Origin: an uncultured Gammaproteobacteria bacterium
GTDB lineage: Bacteria > Patescibacteriota > Microgenomatia > Daviesbacterales > UBA10151
NCBI GenBank assembly: GCA_964396715.1
Contig: CAYNFQ010000001.1
Span: 21,037 to 85,036, forward strand
Direction: 5' to 3'
DNA length: 64,000 bases
Shown: piece by piece, positions 37,385-45,757 of the stretch
Layout of the letters: each line of letters starts with the position of its first letter
Position numbering within the stretch: position 1 is the stretch's first letter
Position numbers and translations under genes: made by a program
Notes under the pieces: model-generated
The model's input: only the letters and a program-made list of their open reading frames with translations
Told to the model about the DNA's origin: nothing
Databases searched by the model: none

Positions 37385-37515
37385 AATTGAACAACAAAAA
37401 ATTGCGGAGTTGGTGAGAAAATCTCACGAAGCCAGAAAGACATCAAAAGAGCTTTTGGAAGAAGCCAAAAGAAAGGTTGAAAAAATGATAGAAAATGGTG
37501 ATAAAATAGAAACTT
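37344..37515 (+). pseudogene. HsdS-like (Type I restriction-modification specificity subunit) conserved-region remnant
   Basis: A different frame from the 37199 ORF encodes ...IEQQKIAELVRKSHEARKTSKELLEEAKRKVEKMIE, resembling the conserved EQQKIA coiled-coil spacer of HsdS. Only about 57 codons remain. Confidence 0.35.
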
Positions 37516-38073
37516 ATGGCTGAATCTTCTTCGATGCTTCCTCTGGGGACAAGCTTACCGCAGTTTTCTTTAACTGATGTGGTTTCCGGGCAGATTATTT
37601 CTTCAACTGATTTTTCCGGCAAACCGCTCTTGGTAATGTTTATCTGCAGGCATTGTCCGTATGTAAAACATGTTGAAAATGAACTGGCAAAATTGGGTAA
37701 AGATTATCAAGGCAAAATTGGCATTGTGGCCATATCCTCAAATGACATAACAGCTTATCCGGAGGATGCGCCGGAGTCTTTGAAGGAGCAGGCAGAAGAA
37801 GTAGGTTTTAGTTTTCCTTATCTTTATGATGAAAGCCAGGATGTAGCTAAAAGTTTTAGGGCTGCCTGTACGCCGGATTTATTTCTCTTTGATAAAGAAG
37901 GAAAGTTGGTTTATCGAGGTCAATTGGACGGGAGCAGACCGGATAGCGGTATTCCGGTGACCGGAAAAGATGTTCGAGCAGCCATTGATACTTTGCTTTT
38001 CGGCCAACCCATCAGCCCTGACCAAAAACCCAGCATAGGATGTGGAATTAAGTGGAAATCTGTGATAACCTAA
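37516..38073 (+). CDS. thioredoxin-fold protein (TlpA/AhpC-TSA-like, CxxC)
   Basis: CRHCPY active-site-like motif in a thioredoxin-like fold, with a redoxin-type layout. Confidence 0.65.
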   Translation: MAESSSMLPLGTSLPQFSLTDVVSGQIISSTDFSGKPLLVMFICRHCPYVKHVENELAKLGKDYQGKIGIVAISSNDITAYPEDAPESLKEQAEEVGFSFPYLYDESQDVAKSFRAACTPDLFLFDKEGKLVYRGQLDGSRPDSGIPVTGKDVRAAIDTLLFGQPISPDQKPSIGCGIKWKSVIT

Positions 38074-38077
38074 ATTT

Positions 38078-38326
38078 ATGTCCAAAAAAGCGTTTGTGGT
38101 TATTTTAGTCTTAAGTGTGGTGGTAACTTATGGAATGGCATTTGTAGATGATGTAATTAATCCTACTAAGAATCCAACCGGTTTACCTTTTAGTTTTGCA
38201 TCTTTTAATTTTCTAGGTGGATCAAATGATAATCTTATGCTAGTTTTAGATATAACCTTTTGGTTTGTGGTTATTTGGGGAATCTGGAAAGCTATCTCTT
38301 ATTTCTCTGGTCGTGGGGGACGATAA
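38078..38326 (+). CDS. small membrane protein
   Basis: 82 aa with two hydrophobic helices. Confidence 0.35.
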   Translation: MSKKAFVVILVLSVVVTYGMAFVDDVINPTKNPTGLPFSFASFNFLGGSNDNLMLVLDITFWFVVIWGIWKAISYFSGRGGR

Positions 38327-40835
38327 CTTCAAAACTGGATAAAGAGGTATTTCCTGCTAAGTCCGTAGCAAATATTTTTATTATGTATTTTCTCCCATCT
38401 TTATCATCACCTTTTCTTGATGCCTCCAGTTTAATAGCTTGATTTATATTTGTTTGGCTTCCAAGTGTTACAGAAGATTCAATCAAGTCATATTCGTCTT
38501 CCACGATAATTTTTGTTAGATACGGATTATCATCAGCGATAGTACCTGTAATATTCACATCAACCATTTTATTATTCGGTGGCCAGATACTCTTTGGACT
38601 AACATCTAATGAAATTGTCGGGGGAGTGTAATCATAATTTGCATTTCCTTCCAAAATGCTGAACTTTTCAACATTGGCATCTATGGTTCCATTCCCGTCT
38701 TCATCCAGTTTAATAACCGGCGATTGGTCTGAATTTGTATCAAAAGTAGTCTCCGCTTTAGTATTTTCTGTCAAAGGAATTTCTTTATAAAGGATAGTTT
38801 TCGAATTTTCATCATTTTCAAATTTCCTGATTTTAAAATCAAAACTGCCCTGATTTGTTGCTTCAAATTTAACATCATAAACTCCATTTATGGGAAGATA
38901 GATAAATTTAGCATCACCCAAAGTATCATAAGAGCTTCCGGGAATATTAGTTTCAAATCCATCCGTTGTTGGGCCTGTATGATTGCCGCTTGAGTCATAA
39001 ACATGGATATCAACAGGAGAGTGAACAGACAGAGTATTGCCTGCAAGTTTGAAAGGTTGAGTGGAAACTCCGCCAGGCAACTGATTATTACTATCTAAAA
39101 TATTTTTAACTAAATTTAATGCAGGTCCATTGGTAACTAAATTGCCGTGTTTCTGATTAGTGTAAAGGGTTTGTTGAGAACCAAAGGAGGCGCTAAGTAG
39201 CGGTACTGTTTCATCGCCATTTATTATACGCATATCTTTATGAATTCCTGCTATTCCAAATAAAGAAGTGTCTTTAATTTCAATAATTTGTCCTAAGGTA
39301 GGTTGTCCTGACCCAGCGATAACCACAACGTCCACACCATTTGTAGTAGATAACGTAGAATCTATTGAATGAAAAGTTTCACTTGGGTTAAATAAAGCAG
39401 TATTATGTCCAACAATTGTTAAGAGATTCTTAATCTGATTATAATTCAGGGCTCCGTTTTCTGTTCTATATGGATAGGGATGTTGAGCATCCTCATTTGA
39501 GTAAAAGTTAAAATAAGATTGACTTGGGGCCAATTGAAAACCACTGATCATATTTTGAATAACATCATTCATTTCAGATGGAGCTAAGGATAAACAATAA
39601 GGACCAAATGGGTATTTAAGACAGCCGCCATACCTTAGTACTTTTAAAAATTCTGTAGCTCCCAAATGTGGAGTTCCCAGGGTAAATAATTTTCTGACAT
39701 TCTGGGCGCGGTTTACATCAGCTATGTAGTTTCTGGCAACCAGGCCTCCCATGGAGTGGGCTACAATATCTACTTTCGTACTGCCTGTTTGACTCTTAAT
39801 CTGGTTAATTTTATTATCAAGCTCGGTTTTAGTTGTACTAATATCTTTTCTCCAATCATACGGAAACACAAAAAGATCCTCATTAAGGATATATCCATTG
39901 GCAGTGAAAAAATCTATGGCACCTTGATATGCCCTTGCCAGCAAATTGTTTGTTAACCCTATGTGTGCTTCACTGGTTATGCCATCATCTCTCATCCGTA
40001 ATACATCAAAATAATCATCATTCCCGGGATTTGCAGCTTCATCTTCATTTACCCAAACTTTTTCTCCTGATGGATAAATATGGTTAAAAGTCCCTCCATG
40101 CCCGTCCGTAGCATTCCAGATAGTATCCTCTTCAACTTTAAGTTCCGACCCTCCAATTCCGGGAATTAAAATTAAGGGAGTTTTGAGAGAAGGTGGGGGA
40201 GCAAGAGCTGTTAGCTTGATATTATCAAATCTGACATAAATATTACTGATATCCCCTGTCCAGTAACTTAAAGTCAGAACCCCTTTTTTAACTAAAGTTT
40301 CAGAATCTGTAATATCAAAAATTAAAGTGTCCCCTATCCAAGCTTTGATATTTTCATCTTTTAGCTCAACTTTTAGCTGATACCATTTTTGATTAATTAG
40401 AGGATAAGAGTGGGTATCAAAAAGCGTAGTAACTATCCCGCTTTGATTTTTTCTTAAAATAATCTCCGGGGTATTATATAAACCGGTTCCATGTCTAAAA
40501 TTAATCTCATAAGAATCACCATCAGGAGTATATCTGAACCCTACTCCATGATCTATACCGGATTGAGCATTAAAGTCTAGCTCAATTCTGTAGTTATCCC
40601 ATTGTGAAGACCCATTACTTATTCTTCCTCCAAAAGCCCTGCCTGATTTTGATCCGACTAGATTGCCATTGTTGATATACCAGTTTCCAGACTGTATTGT
40701 CCAGCCATCCAAGTTCCCATCACTAAAATCATCAAAAAGAAGGATGTCTCCTTCTGCAGCCAAAGCAGGCAGGCTAAAGAGTGAAATCAGGATAAACAAT
40801 AAGGCTGCTTTTAAAAATTTAAATAATCTGGGCAT
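38292..40835 (-). CDS. secreted multidomain protein: N-terminal DUF1080/LamG-like lectin domain, LCAT/PGAP1-like alpha/beta-hydrolase lipase domain, and C-terminal Ig-like beta domains
   Basis: Signal peptide, then a WTIQSGNWYINNGNLVG...YRIELDF beta-sandwich, then PGIGGSEL ... FPYDWRKD ... AHSMGG (nucleophile elbow) ... GTPHLG. These are diagnostic of the LCAT-like lipase/acyltransferase family. Confidence 0.7.
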   Translation of the reverse strand: MPRLFKFLKAALLFILISLFSLPALAAEGDILLFDDFSDGNLDGWTIQSGNWYINNGNLVGSKSGRAFGGRISNGSSQWDNYRIELDFNAQSGIDHGVGFRYTPDGDSYEINFRHGTGLYNTPEIILRKNQSGIVTTLFDTHSYPLINQKWYQLKVELKDENIKAWIGDTLIFDITDSETLVKKGVLTLSYWTGDISNIYVRFDNIKLTALAPPPSLKTPLILIPGIGGSELKVEEDTIWNATDGHGGTFNHIYPSGEKVWVNEDEAANPGNDDYFDVLRMRDDGITSEAHIGLTNNLLARAYQGAIDFFTANGYILNEDLFVFPYDWRKDISTTKTELDNKINQIKSQTGSTKVDIVAHSMGGLVARNYIADVNRAQNVRKLFTLGTPHLGATEFLKVLRYGGCLKYPFGPYCLSLAPSEMNDVIQNMISGFQLAPSQSYFNFYSNEDAQHPYPYRTENGALNYNQIKNLLTIVGHNTALFNPSETFHSIDSTLSTTNGVDVVVIAGSGQPTLGQIIEIKDTSLFGIAGIHKDMRIINGDETVPLLSASFGSQQTLYTNQKHGNLVTNGPALNLVKNILDSNNQLPGGVSTQPFKLAGNTLSVHSPVDIHVYDSSGNHTGPTTDGFETNIPGSSYDTLGDAKFIYLPINGVYDVKFEATNQGSFDFKIRKFENDENSKTILYKEIPLTENTKAETTFDTNSDQSPVIKLDEDGNGTIDANVEKFSILEGNANYDYTPPTISLDVSPKSIWPPNNKMVDVNITGTIADDNPYLTKIIVEDEYDLIESSVTLGSQTNINQAIKLEASRKGDDKDGRKYIIKIFATDLAGNTSLSSFEVIVPHDQRNKR

Positions 40836-40898
40836 TGATTAAATGATAATCCCAAGGTTGTAATTATGCAAACAGTAATCTTGAGCTGATATAATAGT

Positions 40899-42407
40899 AT
40901 GGTGAATTTAGCCCTTAAATACAAAAAAGAGATTTTCATAATTCTTATTCTTTTTGCCTTTTATTTTCTCTTTAGGCTTCCAAATTTAACTTTGCAGCCT
41001 ATTTTTGCGGATGAGGCCATTTATATCAGATGGGCCCAGGTGATGAGATCAGAACCAACCTTGCGCTTTTTACCTTTATCCGATGGCAAAACACCTCTGT
41101 TCATGTGGGCTATGATCCCCCTTTTTAAAATATTTGAAGACCCTCTTTTTGCAGGAAGATTTTTATCTGTTATGAGCGGGTTTGTCACTTTGATAGGCGT
41201 GTTGGCATTAGCATGGAGAGTGTTTGGCATAAAAACTGCCCTGTGGGCATCTTTTATTTATGTAGTGGTGCCCTACACTGTTTTTTTTGACAGAATGGCT
41301 TTGGTTGATGCTATGCTTTCAGCCTTTACTGTTTGGGCTTTATTTTTTGCAACACTTCTTGCTCAAAAAGTCAGGTTGGATTTGGCCATGATCTTGGGAT
41401 TTATTCTCGGAGGAGCATGGCTCACCAAAACTCCGGCTGTTTTAAATCTTTTTCTTTTGCCAGCATCCATACTTGCTTTTAAAAAATCAAAAGAAGATAA
41501 ATACTCATCTTTAAAACTGTTTTTCTTTTGGCTGATTGCCATATTTATTGCTCTTTTGATGTATAACGCCTTAAGATTGGGGCCTAATTTTCACCTTTTA
41601 TCTTCCAGAAATGCTGATTATGTGTTTTCTCCGGTTGAACTTTTAGGCAGGCCCCTGGATCCTTTTATTCCGCATTTTCGGGATATTTCAGACTGGTTTC
41701 CCAAACTTTTGACTTGGCCTGTTTTAATTTTAGGGGGGACAGGGGTAATTTGGGTGATTAAGGAAAAGAATAAATTAGGGTTTGTTGTTTTGCTTTGGGC
41801 TTTGATACCGCTACTTTTGGAAATGGCTTTCCTTCGTACATTTACCGCCAGATATTTGTTGCCTTCCATACCTTTGATTTTAATTTTTGCAGGATATGGT
41901 ATAAGTAAAATTTCAAATTTCAAATTTCAAATTTCAAATAATTTTTTAATACTAATTCTTTCAATAGTTTTAACCGTTCCGGCGCTTCATTTTAATTATC
42001 AGCTTTTAACCAGCTCTCCGCCCGATTCTTTACCAAAAGAAGAAAGAAAAGGTTATTTTGAAGGGTGGACTGCAGGATATGGTTTAAAAGAAATAGCTCA
42101 ATTTTTAACAGAACAAAACAAAACTCAAAAAGTGGTGGTGGGTACTGAGGGGTTTTTCGGCACCCTGCCTGACGGCTTGTATATTTACCTTGATAAAGCG
42201 GGAATTTCCATAATAGGTTCTCATGCCACAATTTCAGCCCAAATAAGAAATGCCGCCAAAGACAATCTGACTTTTTTTGTTGGTAATAAAAATAATTTAG
42301 AGGGAGCGATAGATAATGTTAGACTAATCAAAGAATATCCCAAGGCAAAAGCAGTTGATGGTAAACAAGATTCAACTGTTTTGTACCAAGTTTTACCAAA
42401 AGATTAA
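40899..42407 (+). CDS. PMT/ArnT-like GT-C glycosyltransferase (GT39/GT83-like, PMT_2)
   Basis: First-loop FADEAIYIRWAQ (DE motif), 11 or more TM helices and a C-terminal soluble domain. Contains an in-frame 4x heptanucleotide repeat. Confidence 0.7.
   Translation: MVNLALKYKKEIFIILILFAFYFLFRLPNLTLQPIFADEAIYIRWAQVMRSEPTLRFLPLSDGKTPLFMWAMIPLFKIFEDPLFAGRFLSVMSGFVTLIGVLALAWRVFGIKTALWASFIYVVVPYTVFFDRMALVDAMLSAFTVWALFFATLLAQKVRLDLAMILGFILGGAWLTKTPAVLNLFLLPASILAFKKSKEDKYSSLKLFFFWLIAIFIALLMYNALRLGPNFHLLSSRNADYVFSPVELLGRPLDPFIPHFRDISDWFPKLLTWPVLILGGTGVIWVIKEKNKLGFVVLLWALIPLLLEMAFLRTFTARYLLPSIPLILIFAGYGISKISNFKFQISNNFLILILSIVLTVPALHFNYQLLTSSPPDSLPKEERKGYFEGWTAGYGLKEIAQFLTEQNKTQKVVVGTEGFFGTLPDGLYIYLDKAGISIIGSHATISAQIRNAAKDNLTFFVGNKNNLEGAIDNVRLIKEYPKAKAVDGKQDSTVLYQVLPKD
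41921..41948. repeat. perfect tandem heptanucleotide repeat (TTTCAAA) x4 inside a GT-C gene
   Basis: 28 bp, four exact 7-bp units, read directly from the sequence. It encodes SNFKFQISN within a predicted TM/loop region. Confidence 0.8.
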
Positions 42408-42413
42408 TGATTT

Positions 42414-44063
42414 ATGAAAAAAACTCTAATTACTCTATTAGTTTTATTTTTGATCACCCTTCCCACATTAATACCCTTCTTTAATAGTCAGTTTTTTTAC
42501 ACCCAAGATCATATTTTTATAGCAAGACTGCATCAGATGACAACAGCCTTAGCAGATGGTCATTTTCCGGTCAGATGGTCTCCTGATTTAAGATTTGGCG
42601 AACCACTTTTTAATTTTTATGCCCCCCTGCCTTATTATTTGGGAGCAATTATTAAATTGTCTCCTTTAAATTATATTTGGGTTGCTAAAATACTCTTTAT
42701 CTTAAGCAGTTTTTTATCAGCTTTAACTATGTATCTTTTTATCAAACATTTGTTTGGTAACAAAGCTGCTTTTTTGGCAACAGTACTTTATACATATGCC
42801 CCATACAGGGCAGTGGATTTATATGTCAGGGGTGCTTTATCAGAAGCCTGGGCTTTTGTCTTTTTTCCTCTGATCTTTTATGTCTCAACTTTAATTTCAG
42901 AAAAAGTAAGTCTTCAAAGAATAGCCTTACTCTCACTATCTTTAGCCGGACTTTTCTTAACACATAATGTAACTACTTTAATGTTTTTGCCATTTTTAGG
43001 ATTTTGGTGGTTATATCTGATTTTCAGGCAAAAAAATTGGAGGGTAATTTTTCCTTTGTTCTTATCTTCTATTTTAGCTCTGGGGTTATCGGCATTTTTC
43101 TTATTGCCTGCTCTTTATGAGCGGCAATTTATTCAAACCCAATATTTACTGGTAGGTTATTTTGATTTCAGGGCTCATTTTGTGGCTTTTTATCAATTCT
43201 TTTCCACTTTTTGGGGATACGGTTCATCCCTTTGGGGGTCTAAGGATGATATGTCATTTCAAATAGGCTTGGTTCATTGGGCAACTTTGGTTTTGGCAGT
43301 CATCTTGGGATTTGTTTTTAGAAAGGATAAAAAGTTTCTAGGGCTGTTAGGGTTTTTGGGGGGTTGTTTTCTGCTATCTGTATTTTTGCAGCACAACAAA
43401 TCGGCCTTTGTTTGGGAAGCAATTCCTTTGATGGCTTTTATTCAATTTCCCTGGAGGTTTTTAGCCATCTCCATTTTTTTGGTAAGTTTAACCGGAGGGC
43501 TGGTTGCCAATTATTTGCAAAATAAATTTAAAATTATTTATTTTATTTTAACTTTAGCCCTGATTTTTGTTAATCTCCCTTATTTTAAACCAAGAAACTT
43601 TGTGGAAGATTCTTTTTTTGAAAAGTTTTTAAATAAAGAAAAGATGCACCAGGGAATAGATTTAACCAAGGATTATTTCCCCGTCTGGGTTAAAAATGAT
43701 CGGGTGGAGTATTTTGGCAGTCCCAGAGCAGTGGAGGGGAAAATTGCAGTGTTCGACTTTGAGAAAAAAACAGCTAAAGCTTTTGGCAGAATAGATGTTT
43801 TGTCTGATAGTTTGATTGAGATGCCAATTACCTATTTTCCTGGATGGGAAGTTAGAGCAAATGGTAAGGTTTTAAGTGTATCAGAGCCTTCAATACAAGG
43901 ACTGATTACTTTTGAACTACCCAAAGGCGAGTACAAAATTGATTTGGAATTGAAAGACACTCCTGTTAGAATGATGGGAAATTCAGTAAGTCTGGTAAGT
44001 TTTCTTTTGCTTCTTACCTGCTTAAGTTATAAAAAATTTAGATATGAATTTTATCAGAAGTAA
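42414..44063 (+). CDS. polytopic membrane protein with C-terminal extracytoplasmic beta domain (paralog family B; GT-C/YfhO-like candidate)
   Basis: RWSPDLRFGEPLFNFYAPLPYYLGAII near the N-terminus. A clear paralog of the next gene. Confidence 0.5.
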   Translation: MKKTLITLLVLFLITLPTLIPFFNSQFFYTQDHIFIARLHQMTTALADGHFPVRWSPDLRFGEPLFNFYAPLPYYLGAIIKLSPLNYIWVAKILFILSSFLSALTMYLFIKHLFGNKAAFLATVLYTYAPYRAVDLYVRGALSEAWAFVFFPLIFYVSTLISEKVSLQRIALLSLSLAGLFLTHNVTTLMFLPFLGFWWLYLIFRQKNWRVIFPLFLSSILALGLSAFFLLPALYERQFIQTQYLLVGYFDFRAHFVAFYQFFSTFWGYGSSLWGSKDDMSFQIGLVHWATLVLAVILGFVFRKDKKFLGLLGFLGGCFLLSVFLQHNKSAFVWEAIPLMAFIQFPWRFLAISIFLVSLTGGLVANYLQNKFKIIYFILTLALIFVNLPYFKPRNFVEDSFFEKFLNKEKMHQGIDLTKDYFPVWVKNDRVEYFGSPRAVEGKIAVFDFEKKTAKAFGRIDVLSDSLIEMPITYFPGWEVRANGKVLSVSEPSIQGLITFELPKGEYKIDLELKDTPVRMMGNSVSLVSFLLLLTCLSYKKFRYEFYQK

Positions 44064-45756
44064 CAAAGAATTTATTATCGGTTTAATCCTTACCTTAAGC
44101 CTTTTGTGGCCCCTTGTTTGGGCTCCCTATTTCACCCACCATGATGATGTGCAGGTGATAAGACTGTATGAGATGGACAAATGTTTTAAGGATGGACAAA
44201 CCCCCTGCCGCTGGGTTCCTGATTTGGGAGGTTTATATGGTTATCCGCTTTTCAACTATTATGCGCCTTTGCCATATTATTTTGGAGAAATCATCTACTT
44301 AATATCACAAAGTCTAATCTTGTCAGTCAAGTTGATGTTCGCAATTTCCTTTTTGGGATCTTATTTTTTTATGTATCTTTTGGCGCGAAAATTTTGGGGA
44401 AACTTGGGAGGGAGTTTGTCTGCAATTTTTTACAGTTTCGCACCATACCACGCCTTGGATTTTTATATAAGAGGAGCAATGGGTGAGATGTGGGCAATGA
44501 TGTTTTTCCCTGCTATTTTTTGGGCTCTAACCAAATTAGAAGAGCGAATAAATTTGGCTAATCTTTTAATGCTTGCTGCTTTTTTGGCTGGACTTTTTAC
44601 TTCCCACAATCTTTCTGTCATGATCTTTGCCCCATTTGTAATTATTTTTTGGCTGTTTTCATTTTTGAAGAAAAAAAGGATGAAATTTTTATTGTTTAGT
44701 TTAACATCTTTAGTATTTGGGCTGGCACTTTCCTCTTTTTATCTAATACCGATGCTTTTGGAGAAAAATTTAGTTCATGTTGAGACCACTACATATGGTT
44801 ATTTTGGTTACACAGAACACTTTAAAGGGTTTAAGAAATTATTTTTGGAAAGAAAGTGGGGGTATGGGTCATCAATTAGGGAAGTACCGGAAGCGGAGAA
44901 AGAAAAAATTTCATTTCAGATCGGCTGGATTCATCTGTTTGGGTGGTTGTTGGCCTTAATTGTCGCCAAACTGCTAATTAAGAAAAACAGAATGGTCAGT
45001 TATCTGATTTTGATTTGTACATTTTTGACACTTTTTGCAATTTTTCTGATTAACCCCAGATCAGAATTTATCTGGAGAGCAATTCAGCCCTTAAAGTATC
45101 TACAATTTCCCTGGCGATTGATGATGATGGTAATTTTCTTTACTTCCTTTATCTCAGGAAGCATTTTTCTGATTTTAGTAAATGACAGAAGAAAATATGT
45201 AATCTGGGGCGGTTTGGTCTTGGCGGTTGTGGCATTTAATTTTTCATATTTTCGCCCGGAAAAATTTTTACAAGTCAGCGATCAGGAACTTCTTTCAGGG
45301 CAGAATTGGGATAGACAGATCAAGAGATCAATTTTTGATTACTTGCCTATATATGCAAAAGAGCCGCCGGCTGAGCTGGCAACAGAAAGATATAAAATTT
45401 TAACAGGGGATAGTAGGATAGATAATTTTAAAGAAGGGACAAACTGGCTGAGTTTTGAAACTGTTACCAAATTCCACACAATTATCCGTTTATCACAATA
45501 CTATTTCCCTGAATGGAAAATTTTTGTAGATGGTGGTCAGATAAATGTGGAGTATAAAAATAACAGTTTGGGTCTGATGACGATAATTTTAGGTGAAGGG
45601 AACCACAAAGTTGAAGGAAGATTATATGATACCCCCGTAAGATCAATATCAAATGTTTTAACAGCAGGTACTGTTGCTTTAATGTTATTTTTATTTATTA
45701 CCCAACTGCCAAAGGCAAGAAAGTGGATTAGCTATTATAGAAAAAGGGTAAACTAA
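44044..45756 (+). CDS. polytopic membrane protein (paralog family B)
   Basis: RWVPDLGGLYGYPLFNYYAPLPYYFGEII and a conserved KWGYGSS block shared with the 42414 gene. A 20-bp overlap couples it to that gene. Confidence 0.5.
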   Translation: MNFIRSNKEFIIGLILTLSLLWPLVWAPYFTHHDDVQVIRLYEMDKCFKDGQTPCRWVPDLGGLYGYPLFNYYAPLPYYFGEIIYLISQSLILSVKLMFAISFLGSYFFMYLLARKFWGNLGGSLSAIFYSFAPYHALDFYIRGAMGEMWAMMFFPAIFWALTKLEERINLANLLMLAAFLAGLFTSHNLSVMIFAPFVIIFWLFSFLKKKRMKFLLFSLTSLVFGLALSSFYLIPMLLEKNLVHVETTTYGYFGYTEHFKGFKKLFLERKWGYGSSIREVPEAEKEKISFQIGWIHLFGWLLALIVAKLLIKKNRMVSYLILICTFLTLFAIFLINPRSEFIWRAIQPLKYLQFPWRLMMMVIFFTSFISGSIFLILVNDRRKYVIWGGLVLAVVAFNFSYFRPEKFLQVSDQELLSGQNWDRQIKRSIFDYLPIYAKEPPAELATERYKILTGDSRIDNFKEGTNWLSFETVTKFHTIIRLSQYYFPEWKIFVDGGQINVEYKNNSLGLMTIILGEGNHKVEGRLYDTPVRSISNVLTAGTVALMLFLFITQLPKARKWISYYRKRVN

Positions 45757-45757
45757 A

